Shown piece after piece: positions 1-12,200 of a stretch of 64,000 bases of DNA. Position 1 is the stretch's first letter, and each line of letters opens with the position of its first letter. Source of the stretch: Octopus vulgaris (Eukaryota). The notes beneath the pieces are model-generated. The model worked only from the letters and a program-made list of their open reading frames with translations, was not told the DNA's origin and did no database searches. The position numbers and the translations under genes are program-made. The stretch spans positions 98,332,001-98,396,000 of the forward strand of contig OX597817.1 of assembly GCA_951406725.2 (NCBI GenBank). Reading direction: 5' to 3'.

Positions 1-2
1 CT

Positions 3-857
3 TGGAGGATTGCTGAGGATGACTCGCCGAACAATATTATTGCTGCGGCGCTGAAAAGCAACAATTTTTCGAGAACCACCGCCCAGATAGAGCGAAAGAA
101 GAGAGAAGTTATCCGTTCGTACGCTCTAATCAGGCAACATGTGGACACCCTGGACATCATCCTGGGAGGTGACGGCACCAGGGAGGGCCAAAGGGATGAA
201 GAAAGCATCCAGAACCAAACGGAGAAGCCTGGAACGCGGGGAAACGATGACACATGTCCAGCTTCCAACACCATAACTGAAGACCAAAGAGGTGCGATGG
301 CCGCAAGAAAGGAAAGGCACCCTGGAATTGATGGGAAGCAGGAGGTAAAGGGTGACAGAATCAAGGCTAAAGGAAGCCCTGTCCAGAGAAAGCAGAGGGA
401 CCCCAGCAAAAACTGTAAGGGCAGGGAAAGAAACACCTGCAAATTCTACCTGAGGGGGGACTGCTGGTACGGCGTCGAAGGTGCAAACTGTCGCTTTGCA
501 CATCGGAGGCCCTACCAAAACCGCACGGACGCGAGACAGAGGTCCCTCCCTCAGGGAGAACAAAAACAAAAAGAAAAAGTTAAAAGAAGGGAAAAAAGCG
601 CACTGACCACTACTGAAAGACGGTATGCAGATGTGGTGCGCGGAAACCCAACAGGTGGCCAGCTTCACCCAGATGTGAGAAGGGTGGCAGCTGAACAGCA
701 ATCTTTTTTGTGCATGGCACAAAAAATTGTTCAGCAGCTGACCTGGCTACAAGCACAAAGCTGGAACTACCACCACATAAGGCCACCTCCAACAGATGCA
801 GGATGGCCACCACAGACACCAACACCAACACACACACCACAAAAATATTTCTACTGA
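3..857 (+). CDS. LINE ORF1, 5'-partial; Myb/SANT-like N-terminal part and CCCH zinc finger
   Basis: The frame of ORF 141..857 is open back to position 3 (WRIAEDDSPNNIIAAALKSNNFSRTTAQIERKK). It contains CKFYLRGDCWYGVEGANCRFAH and overlaps the ORF2 ATG at 803. Confidence 0.75.
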   Translation, partial: WRIAEDDSPNNIIAAALKSNNFSRTTAQIERKKREVIRSYALIRQHVDTLDIILGGDGTREGQRDEESIQNQTEKPGTRGNDDTCPASNTITEDQRGAMAARKERHPGIDGKQEVKGDRIKAKGSPVQRKQRDPSKNCKGRERNTCKFYLRGDCWYGVEGANCRFAHRRPYQNRTDARQRSLPQGEQKQKEKVKRREKSALTTTERRYADVVRGNPTGGQLHPDVRRVAAEQQSFLCMAQKIVQQLTWLQAQSWNYHHIRPPPTDAGWPPQTPTPTHTPQKYFY

Positions 858-3724
858 ATGTCATTCCTGAGAGGGACATGCTCAAGCGCGGAAACTGTGC
901 AGAAAAAAGAAATATGCAGTCATACGCACAGATAGAAGAGGGAGGAGCCATGGTGGAGTTGCAATGTACATCCGAGATGACCTCACGCCCCAGGTCCTGC
1001 TGTCATATTCAAACTCAGTATGTGAAACTCAAATTGTACACATAAGACAACTGAATATCGTCATATGCACTACATATCGCCCACCAGATGCCCCAAAACA
1101 CTCAGGCATGTTTGAAGACTGCCTAACAAAAATAGGAGAAGTCCTCACCAACCTTGAACAGCACAACAGTGTTTTCTTCATGGGTGACTTTAACCTCCTC
1201 AATGTGGAATGGCCTGGGGGCAGATGCTCCCAGGGATGACACACCATCAGCAGGCACAGGCAGAGTCCCTGCTCCATCTCACAAATGCCTCTTTCATGGA
1301 GCAAATAGTTCTGCAACCAACAAGGGCAGATAATATACTGGATCTCTGCTTCACAAACAATATGGATATTATCCATAATGTTAAAGTGATGCCGACAATG
1401 ATCTCGGATCACAACATAATAGAGCTGTATATGTATGGAACAAAAGCCCCCACAGACACACAGCCTATACGAAGCACCCACCATCTCTCCAACTTAAACT
1501 TTCATAAAGCCAACTGGAAGTTGATTGAGAAAGAGATCCTCAAACAGGATTGGCCTGAATGTCTCTCCACACCGGACATAAACATGAAACACAAACACTT
1601 CATGTCCGTAATACAAGCCATATGTGACAAATATGTCCCAGCGTGCAGGGCCAGCACACACAAGAACAAAAACAGGATCCCTAGAGAAAGGAGGATACTT
1701 ATGAGACGACGGACAAGGATTGCAAACCGCCTGAGCAAGCACACCAAAAGTGGTGAGAAGTCTCGGCTCGAAAGAATGCTAATGGAAACTGAGAAAAGTC
1801 TACATCAGTCCCATGAAAAGGAAAGAGCAGATAAAGAAGCTTGGGTAATAGAAAATATAAAGTCAAACCCTAAAGCTTTCTTTAAGTTTGCCAAAGAGAC
1901 AGCCACAGCGCACCAGAGAATAGGACTTCTCTTCCAAAAAGATGACTCTCTCACAGAAAATCCCACGAGGATAAGTGAAATACTGAACGAACACTTCCAA
2001 AATGTGTTCACTACACCTCTAGGACAGGCAAGTAAACAACCCAGAAGAATTCTTTGCCACTTTAACTCCGGCCAAAGAGACAAAAATTGAGTACATCAAC
2101 ATTGAAGATGATGATATCACACTGACCATAGATGAGATTGACACAAACTCAGCTGCTGGACCTGATGGATTCCAGCGATCCTTCTAAAATCGTGCAAGCG
2201 AGCTCTTGCAAAACCGCTACAGTTTCTTTTTCAGAGCTTTCTTGCAAGTAGTAAGCTCCCAGTCAAATTGAAAGAGGGGGTAATATGCCCTATCCATAAG
2301 GGAGGTAGCAGAGCAGATGCTAAAAATTATAGGCCTATCTCTCTGACCTCACACATCAGCAAAGTCATGGAACGAATAGTCCGCAAGAAACTAATCATGT
2401 TCCTTGAAGAAAATGACTTGCTGTCTGACACCCATCATGGATTTCGACCAGGTAGAAGCTGCCTAACACATTTCCTGCAACTCTATGACTGGGTGTTAAA
2501 ACAGCTACTAAATGGCTCAAATCTGGATGTAATATATCACGACTTTGCAAAAGCCTTTGATAAAGTCGATCACAGTATGATCTGTCACAAACTGCGTGAT
2601 CTCGGCATAGGTGGAAAACTTGGAGAGTTCCTAAAACTTGGAGAGTTCCTAAAAGACAGAAGACAGGCAGTTGTGAGCAATTGAGCCACCTCCAAGGAAA
2701 CACAAATAACAAGCGGTGTTCCACGGGGCACTGTCTTGGAGCCACTGCTGTTCGTAGTGGCCCTTTCAGACATGCCTTCAGTTGCTACGATGGCCACCCT
2801 TGCTAGCTATGCAGATGACACAAAAGTCTCCCACACAATACAAAACCCTGAAAATATTGCGCAACTGCAACAGGAGTTGGATACAATAAACCGGTGGGCT
2901 GAGGACAACAACATGCAGTTTAATGCAGGTAAGTTCCAGGCCCTGCGCTACCGGCGCACAAAGGTAAACGACATGCAAACTGGATACACTGGCCCAGGAA
3001 GAATTGCAATCCCTGAGTCAAAATCAGTGCGTGACCTGGGCATTGACATGAGCAATGACGCATCTTTCTAAGTGCATATTACTAATCTGGTGATAAAATG
3101 CAGACGGCTAGCTGGATGGATTCTCCGAACTTTCAGAACAAGAGAGAAGGAGACACTGATGGTCCTCTGGAAAACATTCGTCCTCAGCCGCTTGGACTAT
3201 TGCTCCCAACTATGGTCACCACACAATATAAAGCTAACAGCAGAACTTGAAGCAATTCAAAGAAGCTACACAAAGAAGATCGTCTCAATGCAACATATCA
3301 GCTACTGGGAAAGACTGAAAGTATTAAACCTCTTCTCCCTAGAGCGGAGGTGGGAGAGATATGCGGTGATATACATCTGAAAATCCTGGAGGGTCTTGTC
3401 CCAAACTTTGGCATTCGAAGTTACCCCAACCGCAGAACGGGGCGCTACTACATGGTGCCAAAGATTCCAACATCACCATCAAAATACAGGTCCAGATACT
3501 GCAACAGCTTGGGTTTCAGAGGACCACAGCTCTTTAACATCCTCCCTAAATGCCTGAGAGATTTACATGGTGTGGATGTGGGTTTCTTTAAAACTGAACT
3601 GGATCTCTTCTTGTCGGGGGTCCCAGATGAACCTACCTCACGACAGGAGACACAGATGCAGGCAACGGCATCGAACTCCCTTGTTGATCAAGTGCCACGT
3701 ATCAGAGGTGGATTCACATATTAG
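803..3724 (+). pseudogene. LINE ORF2 (APE endonuclease + reverse transcriptase), frameshifted and with stops
   Basis: ORF fragments 964-1239, 1209-2090, 2268-2684, 2736-3071, 3072-3380 and 3350-3724 are colinear with the long uninterrupted ORF at 25014-26921. Confidence 0.92.
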
Positions 3725-4007
3725 TGTAGCTCTAAGAGATGGATTATCTGGAAAAGCAGCTTAGACCCTACTACATGTCTAAACTCAAGGACAGAACTTT
3801 TCGGATTATGCCCAAATGTGACAATTTTTGTTACGTTTTTCGTCCCCTAAAGAAAACAGATAGAACTTGCTTTCTATATTATGTCCCAAAAACTCAGAGT
3901 TTTATCTTGACTATTGAGTATTTGTAACATATTATTTTATAGATAAATTTCCTCTATTTATATAATATTGAGGTCTCTTTCTTTCTTTTGTTATCTTACC
4001 GTTTTTA

Positions 4008-4010
<3 letters not shown>

Positions 4011-4054
<44 letters not shown>

Positions 4055-4250
4055 AGAGAGAGAGAGAGAGATAATATATGTATACATGTATATGTATACA
4101 TGTATATGTATACATGTATATGTATACATGTATACGTGTAGATGTATATATATTTATATATATGTACATGTAATATGTACACATATATACACACATATAT
4201 ACATGCATACATCTATACACACATACACACACGCATGCACACACACCTAT
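4011..4250. repeat. (TA)n/(GA)n/(TACA)n compound microsatellite
   Basis: Seen directly. Confidence 0.95.
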
Positions 4251-4254
4251 ACAG

Positions 4255-4315
4255 AGGTGCAGGTGTGGCTGTGTGGTAACAAACTTAGTTCCCAAACACA
4301 GGGTCCTGGTAACGC
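4255..4315 (+). mobile_element. tRNA-derived SINE head fragment
   Basis: gcaggtgtggctgtgtggtaa matches the head of the SINE at 27596-28003 (A-box like). Confidence 0.55.
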
Positions 4316-4385
4316 CAGGTATCTCTACTAGCATGTATATATATATATATGCATGTACATATATATATATATATATATATGTATA

Positions 4386-4573
4386 TACTCTTTCTCTATA
4401 CTCTTTTACTTGTTTCAGCCATTTGACTGCGACTATGCTGGTGCCCTGCATTTAGTCAATGAAATCGACCCCATGACTTATTCTTTGTAAGCCTAGTACT
4501 TATTCTATTGGTCATTTGCCGAACCGCTAAGTTACGAGGACATAAACACACCAGCACCTGTTATCAAGCGATA
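4386..4573 (-). mobile_element. SINE 3' part (same family as 27596-28003)
   Basis: tactcttttacttgtttcagccatttgactgcg...gaaccgctaagttacg...acaccagca aligns with 27596-27780. Confidence 0.85.
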
Positions 4574-4574
4574 A

Positions 4575-6434
4575 CACAATAGGTTGTAACTCCTTGATTT
4601 TACAGGTAGAAACTTCGGGTTTGCGTAGAATTTTTTTGTATAATATATAAATAAATAAATGGAGTTTAAAGCAAGTATAATTCAAATACTTTTACTTCTG
4701 ACACATGTTTCGAAGATATCACTGATATTATTCTAAAGGAATAAATTTGTGTAAAACAGTGTAATCTTCTCTTCAGGGAACTGAAGAAATGAAACTCGTC
4801 AATAAGATATCTTAACAGAAAATGATGGATATGTATAGTGATTTTCTGAACGCCATTAATATTGTTTCAAAAAACATTATATGATATAACATCAGAAGTA
4901 GTCTATAGAAAGAGGAGGGATACTTTTTAATGAATGTTAAATATAAGAAGAAAATTAATGTTAAATTATATATAATGATAGAGATTATTTATATGAACTA
5001 AAGGTATGTTTTTGCCAATGTTTACATTGGTATGCACGCTCTATAAGCATGTTTACTAGGGGATTTTTAGAAAAAATAATGAAAAATAGTTCAGAATTAC
5101 AGAGAAGACAGAATTCCTTGCTTTGTCATAAGGTATCGAGATTGAGAGAATCAACCATTCTGAATTAAATTGTCCATTGTGGTCTTTTAGATCCCAAATT
5201 AATTTACTGAGCCCTGTACTGTTACGTTTATTCCTATCCCTAAATGTTGAGTAATGGACAAAAATTCTTTTAGATAACTGTAACGACGTGCTTCCAATGT
5301 AAAACCGTACGTTATTATGAGTAATGATTTTAAACTGGTATATAGAATTTTTAATTTTAGAGTTACTTGACAAACTTAATTCTGTTGGAATTGACTTCAG
5401 ATACAATTACTTTGTTATTAATATGTCTAGAGGGATGGATGGTATTAGCTAAATTAATGTTAGTATTAGTAAATGTATTAATATTGAACAGGTTGTTATT
5501 ATATGAAGAGATAATTTGTAAGAGAGTTTTTGTGTTGGAAAAACCAGTCCTAACCAGTATGTGAGTTGATAATAGAGTAAAACCTAGAATTCTTTGGAAA
5601 ATTCCTAATAATAGCTTCACAAAACTGCAATGAGCGATAAGATTTAAGTTGCCTCCCATATGGAATAATGAGCCAAACATTTTTACTACAATTTCTCTTA
5701 TTTTTAATGTAATTATTTTTGAAAGCCTTAACTTTACCTTTAGAATGATAATAGGGGATTGAATAAGGGTTATCTCCCTTCCTCCGTTTTATATCGGTGC
5801 ATAGATTAAATTTGTTATCGCTAATTCCTTTACAGCTAAATTTTATATCTAGATTATTGAAGTTAGAATAAGAATGAATAGAATCAATGTAGAACATTTT
5901 CTCTGTATAACCTGCTTTAAGTAAGGCAGAGTTATAAAATTCAGCGTTATCATTGAAAATGTCAACATTAGCAGATAACTTAGATAATGAAATATTCTTA
6001 ACTAAGTTTCTAGTAGTCGCCCTAAAATGATTACTAAATTTGCTAATGTACTTAAGATTGGTCAATGGTTTATGATATGCGAAGTAAGAGTTATTGTGTA
6101 AGTTAAGCGTAATATCTAAAAAGTTGGCCTTCGTCATATGATCACCAAAAACGATGCTTAAGCCCATTCTACGGAAAAATTTAACTAAACCATTCTTAAC
6201 ATTTTGTACCTTTTGTTTGGAAACATTTTGAAGGTAAAGTAAACAATCATCATGATATAGACCTCCATTAATGTTAGGGAACTGTTCAGCCATTTCAAAA
6301 AGTATGTATATACAGACTAAATCAGCTATTTGTTCTGAATCAGAGCTTCCCATTGTAACATCAAAACTATCTGGTGTGTCTTTACGGACCCACAACTTAC
6401 AGTCAAATAGATTTTCTGGCTGCCAACATAACAT
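4575..6434 (-). mobile_element. Degenerate 5'-truncated Penelope-like element (RT + GIY-YIG; Naiad-like motifs) with hammerhead-bearing 3' pLTR
   Basis: ORF 5550-6434 has DVTMGSSDSEQIADLV, GLYHDD and FLDITLNL. ORF 5056-5406 has IYQ...FYIGST...STGLSKLIWDLK. Confidence 0.85.
4696..4780 (-). ncRNA. Hammerhead ribozyme-like motif (CUGAAGA core; weak stem I)
   Basis: Minus strand: ttcc CTGAAGA gaagat...atcttc GAAAC atgt GTC agaa. Confidence 0.6.
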
Positions 6435-6499
6435 TAATTATATATTACGGAGATGTACTTGCATAGCAAATGACCTGATCTGAGATCGTGTGCTGGAAC

Positions 6500-6707
6500 G
6501 AAAACAATTGCAGCGTGGAAGGTGTTTATAAGCCATTTAAAAAAACACAGAATTTCCTTTAGGTTCACTTCAACATTCAAATTTAATTTGTCAAAATATC
6601 TTTGTCGCTTTGAGACTGCGACCAGTTCACTGACAAAATTTCGTGCTGCACCTAACGGATATTGTGTGTTTCTTAAATGGCTTATAAACACCTCCATGCT
6701 GTAATTG

Positions 6708-6710
<3 letters not shown>
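6500..6710. mobile_element. Small element with ~60-bp terminal inverted repeats around a degenerate hammerhead-like core (6587-6637, minus)
   Basis: aaacaattgcagcgtggaaggtgtttataagccatttaa... is inverted at ...ttaaatggcttataaacacctccatgctgtaattgttt. Confidence 0.7.
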
Positions 6711-6740
<30 letters not shown>

Positions 6741-6761
6741 GCATACATACATTTATATATA

Positions 6762-7342
6762 CATACAAAATTTAGAGGAATGACCACTAATATGGACACC
6801 CTATATGCTAAACATAGATGTTAAACCACCATTACCACGAAGAATGTGTTCTCAAGAAAAATTCTCAGCAAAACGCCAAAATGTAAAGAATGAGCACAAC
6901 AAATGAAAACATAGGAAATAAAAACGATTACCTACATACCGTTGGTTTCACTTGTTAATATCTACGTATATAAAACACACAGACATCTGCAAGATCATCA
7001 GCGTAGTCTGTCGCTTACAAGACACAATTTCCAGAACTAGATACAGAACGCTGAACCGAAACCGAGCATGCATAATGTTCTACATTTATATATGGGTGTA
7101 TTCTCTTAAATGCCTTCAATTTTTTACATTTTAGCACTTTGCTAACATTTTTTTCTTGAGAAAACATTCTTCGTAGGAATGGCGATTTGACATCTATGTT
7201 TAGCATATAGGGTGTCCACTTTAGTGATCATTCCTCCAAATTTTGTATGTATCAAAATTTTTAATCTTCGGATTTTTAAACATGCTAAGTCACTGGATTT
7301 AATTGATTAACATCGATTTCTATCCTTATTATTTCATTTTAC

Positions 7343-7345
<3 letters not shown>
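6762..7345. mobile_element. Non-coding element with ~130-bp inverted arms (6762-6890 / 7120-7250) enclosing a hammerhead
   Basis: catacaaaatttagaggaatgaccacta...ggacaccctatatgctaaacatagatg is inverted at 7190-7250. The segment 7258-7345 recurs at 8358-8445. Confidence 0.75.
6932..7006 (-). ncRNA. Type I hammerhead ribozyme (CUGAUGA core, GUA cleavage triplet)
   Basis: Minus strand: ctacg CTGATGA tcttg...caagt GAA acc aac ggT A tgtag. Confidence 0.75.
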
Positions 7346-7397
<52 letters not shown>

Positions 7398-7404
<7 letters not shown>

Positions 7405-7503
7405 AAAATTAAGAAAGGAAACCTCTATTAGGTACTTCAATTATATATGTATATAAATAATTGACGTACTAAATAGAGGTTTCCTTTCTTAATTATATAC
7501 ATA
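7398..7503. repeat. ~105-bp near-perfect inverted repeat
   Basis: aattaagaaaggaaacctctatt...aatagaggtttcctttcttaatt. Confidence 0.85.
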
Positions 7504-7537
7504 TTAATGTATGTGTATATATATATATATATTAATG

Positions 7538-7584
<47 letters not shown>

Positions 7585-7856
7585 TAAATATAAATTACAA
7601 AATGGGACAAGAACGAAAAAACATACAAAGAGACGACACAAAAAAAAAAAACAGATGGGTCATTCGAAGCCTCTAATCTTCAGTCGGGAACTGGATCATC
7701 TTATCAATTTCGGCTGATTAATCCTGATATCGCTCCGATACGGCCAGTCCCAAAGAAAAACCAAGCTACAGGCATTAGATTTCTTGGAAAGAGGATTGAA
7801 TGTATACGAAACTAGGACAGGATGCCACATGAAACAAAAAATAGAAATAAAAACAA

Positions 7857-7902
<46 letters not shown>

Positions 7903-8016
7903 ATATTTCAGAATGGTCATATTGCCAGTTTAGCCAATGAAAACACACGAACTATATATTTGGTGTTATTTTGCTTCAGTGTTATTTATTTTTTACATTA
8001 ATCTTAATCTTATTTC

Positions 8017-8060
8017 GGCCAGAGTTCTTTCGTCACACTCCTGTGACCGCATCAGTGGTC
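8017..8060 (-). ncRNA. Degenerate minimal hammerhead-like motif
   Basis: Minus strand: gacca CTGATGCG gtcac aggagt gtgac GAAA gaac TC tggcc; A9 is substituted and there is an extra nucleotide. Confidence 0.5.
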
Positions 8061-8150
8061 CTTTGTTTTCTTCTTAATTATTTGTGTCTCTCCTTACTAA
8101 CCGTCAGCCATTTTGTATTACTATTGTATGGACATACAATAGAAATAGAA

Positions 8151-8325
8151 AGCACCCACTACACTCACGGAGTGGTTGGCATTAGGAACGGAATCCAGTT
8201 GTAGAAACACTGCCAGATCAGACTGGAGCCTGGTGCAGCCTCCTGGCTTCCCAGGCCCCGCTCGAACCGTCCAACCCATGATAGCATGGAAAATGGACGT
8301 TAAACGATGATGATGATGAGGATGA
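8151..8325 (+). mobile_element. RTE 3'-end fragment (or RTE-tailed SINE) with (GAT)n tail
   Basis: Reverse complement of 9298-9460; ends ggacgttaaacgatgatgatgatg. Confidence 0.85.
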
Positions 8326-8661
8326 CATATATATAAATATATATATCATTATTATATATTTTAATCTTCGGATTTTTAAACATGCTAAGTCACTAGTTTG
8401 AATTGATTAACATCGATTTCTATCCTTATCATTTCATTTTACATGTATATATATGTATGTATATATATATATATGTATATATATGTATATATATATATGT
8501 ATATATATGTATATATATACATGTATATATATGTATATATATACATGTATATATATGTATATATATATATGTTTACTGCTGTGATTTTTGCTACTAAGGT
8601 ATCGGTTAAACTTTTGATTAATCTACTACAAGATTATTCATCTTTCTATTTCACATAAATT

Positions 8662-8662
8662 G

Positions 8663-8701
<39 letters not shown>

Positions 8702-8842
8702 ATGTGTGTATGTGTGTGTGTGTGTGTGTATATGTATATATATATATATATGTATATGTATATGTATGTATATGTATATGTATATATATGTATATGTATA
8801 TATATATGTATATGTATATATATATATGTATATGTATATATG

Positions 8843-8873
<31 letters not shown>

Positions 8874-9297
8874 ATATGTATATATATGTATGTATATATA
8901 TGTATATGTATATATATGTATATATATGTATATATATATGTATATGTATATGTATATATATGTATATATATGTATATGTATATATATATGTATATATATA
9001 TGTATATATATGTATATGTATATATATATGTATATATATGTATATGTATATATATATGTATATGTATATATATATGTATATATATGTATATATATATGTA
9101 TGTATATGTATATATATGTATGTATATGTATATATATATGTGTGTATATGTATATATATATGTGTGTATATGTATATATATATGTGTGTATATGTATATA
9201 TATATATATGTGTATGTGTGTATATGTATATATATATATGTGTATATGTATATATATATATATATATATACATATATATATGTATATGTATATATAT
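8662..9297. repeat. (TA/TG/TATG)n compound microsatellite
   Basis: Seen directly. Confidence 0.97.
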
Positions 9298-12200
9298 CAT
9301 CATCATCGTTTAACGTCCGCTTTCCATGCTAGCATGGGTTGGACGGTTCAACTGGGGTCTGGCAAGCCCGAAGGCTGCACCAGGCCAGTCAGATCTGGCA
9401 GTGTTTCTACAGCTGGATGCCCTTCCTAACGCCAACCACTCCGAGAGTGTAGTGGGTGATTTTACGTGCCACCGACACAGGTGCCAGACGAGGCTGGCAG
9501 ACGGCCACGCTCGGATGGTGTTTTCTTATGTGCCACCGACACAGGTGCCAGACGAGGCTGGCGAACGGCCACGCTCGGATGGTGTTTGTTATATGCCCTC
9601 AGCACGGAGGCCAGTCGATGCGGTACTGGCTACGGTCACGTTCGGATGGTTTTCTTATGTGCCACCGGCACTGGTACCACAAGGATGCAAATTCCATTGA
9701 TGTTCATCTATTTTGATTTGGTTTGATTTGATTTGATTTGATTTTCACTTGCCTCAACAGGTCTTCACAAGTGTCACAAGAAGGAAGGTATGCACAGGTG
9801 GACTGACTACGTCCCAGGTAGGGGCCACGGGTTATGGCTTCACTAGTCTTGCCGGGTCTTCTCACGCACAGCATACTTCTATAGGTCTCGGTCTCTAGTC
9901 ATTTCCATGGTGAGACCTAACGTCCGAAGGTCGTGCTTCACCACCTCGTCCCAGGTTTTCCTGGGTCTACCTCTTCCACGGGTTCCCTCAACTGCCAGGG
10001 ATTGGCACTTTCTCACACACCTATCTTCATCCATTCTCGCCACATGACCATACCAGCGCAATCGTCTCTCTTGCACACCACAACTGATGCTTCTTAGGTA
10101 CAACATTTCTCTCAAGGTACTAACGCTCTGTCGAGTATGTACACTGACATTACACATCCATCGGAGCATACTGGCTTCATTCCTCACGAGCTTACGCATG
10201 TCCTCAGCAGTCACGGCCCATGTTTCACTGCCATGTAGCATGGCTGTTCGTACACATGCATCATACAGTCTGCCTTTTACTCTGAGCGAGAGGCCTTTAG
10301 TCATCAGCAGAAGTAAGAGCTCCCTAAACTTTGCCCAGGCTATTCTTATTCTAGCAGTTACACTTTCAGTGCACCCACCCCCACTACTGACTTGGTCACC
10401 TAGATAACGGAAGCTATCAACTACTTCTAGTTTTTCCCCCCGGAAAGTGACGGAAGTTGTTTTCTGCAGATTTTCGGAGGTCAATTCTCCCGAGCATCTG
10501 CCACATACAAAAACTATCTTCCCAGTTAGCCTACCTTTGACATTGCTGCACCTCTTATGTGTCCATAGCTTACACTGGGTACATCTTATAGAGTTTCTAC
10601 CTACACCTTTTCTACAGATCGAGCAGGGCCATCTTCCTGAGGATATTTGTGGATTGTCTACCTTTCTACTTATTAGTACTTTGGTTTTAGCTAGGTTGAC
10701 TCTAAGGCCCCTCGATTCTAAACCCTCCTTCCACACCTGGAACTTCTCCTCCAGTTCTGATAGTGACTCAGCAATTAGAGCGAGGTCGTCAGCATAGAGG
10801 AGCTCCCAGGGGCAACCTGTCTTGAATTCCTCCACAATTGCCTGGAGGACTATGATAAATAGGAGGGGGCTGAGTACTGAACCCTGGTGGACCCCAACCT
10901 CTACTTTGAATTCTTCTGTGTACATGTTGCCAACCCTAACCTTACTTACGGCATCTCTGTACATGGCTTGCACAGCCCTCACCAGCCATTCATCTATCCC
11001 AGTTTCCTCATTGACCACCAGATGAGGGATCGGGGGACCCTATCAAAGGCTTTCTCCATGTCAACGAAAGCCAGGTACAGGGGCTTATCTTTGGCTAGGT
11101 ATTACTCCTGCAGCTGCCTTACCAGGAATATAGCATCAGTGGTGCTTTTCCCTGGCACGAACCCAAACTGCATCTCATCTAAACTAACTCTGTCTCTAAT
11201 TAGTTGGGCTATGACCCTCTCCGTAACCTTCATTACCTGATCCAACAGCTTGATACCTCTGTAATTATTTGTATCTAGGGCATCACCTTTACCTTTGTAG
11301 CAGTTGACTAGTATGCTGCTACACCAGTCATTGGGTATGACTCCTTCGTGTATCACCTGGTTGACTATACGGGTGACTAGGTTATAGCCGACACTGCCAG
11401 ATATTTTGAGCATCTCTGCAGTAATTCCTGATGGGCCTGGGGTTTTTCCTGTCTTCATGCTTCTAATTGCCTTAGCTACCACGTAACTATCAACTCGGAT
11501 AGCTGGTCCCTCTGTTGGGTTGACATTCGGCAGACTCTCTTTATCCCATTCATTTTCTTTATTCAGCAACCTTTCATAGTGGCATCTCCAAACCTCTCTC
11601 TTTGCATCCTCATTTAGCGCAAGTGAACCATCATCCATGCGAACACACTTCTCTCCTACCACATCACGCTTCTCTCTCACACACTGTCTTGCAACACGAA
11701 ATACCTCAAGTCTTTCATCCTCACGGCTCAGAACATTGGCAAATTTTTTCTTATCCGCTTCCCCTCTGGCTAAATAAACCTGTCTCCTAGCTTCCCTTCT
11801 GGTTGTCTGATACAATTCCTTGCTACCACCGTTCTTCCAGTCCTTCCAAGCCTGTCTCTTTTGTCTAATAGCCCTGTCAACCACAGTGTTCCACCACCGT
11901 GTTACTCTGGGTCGAGATGGTACTTTGCTCCATCCACAGATCTGGTCAGTGGCTGTCAGCAGATTGTCCCGTAGGAATCTCCAGTTATCTTCCACATTAA
12001 GTGAAGCTATATCCCCTTCTATTTCGTCAAAGGCTTCGAGTAGTATGTCTCTAAATCTCTGTCCATTTGCAGGATCTTTAAGCTTCCAGACCCTTCTCCT
12101 CCAAGCTGGTCTTCTTCTGGGAAACCATTTAGCTCTGATCCTGAAGTCGCTAACTACTAATCTATGTTGGGGAGTACATTCTTCGCCTGGAAAGGTTTTG

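Larger units (their letters stand above)
1..3733 (+). mobile_element. CR1-like LINE copy A (ORF1 + decayed APE/RT ORF2), runs off the left edge, 3' tail missing
   Basis: APE motifs (YRPP, MGDFN, ILDLCF, SDHN) and RT motifs ([37 protein letters not shown]) are split over several frames. Homology to the other copies stops at 'ttagtgtagctc'. Confidence 0.93.

Noticed and set aside
3734-4010. Possible pLTR with decayed hammerhead (ctaaaga...aaaactcagagtt)
   Set aside because: Core and stems are too degenerate to support a call.
7655-7695. CTGAAGA...GAA motif on the minus strand
   Set aside because: No convincing stem II or III, and no GAAA.
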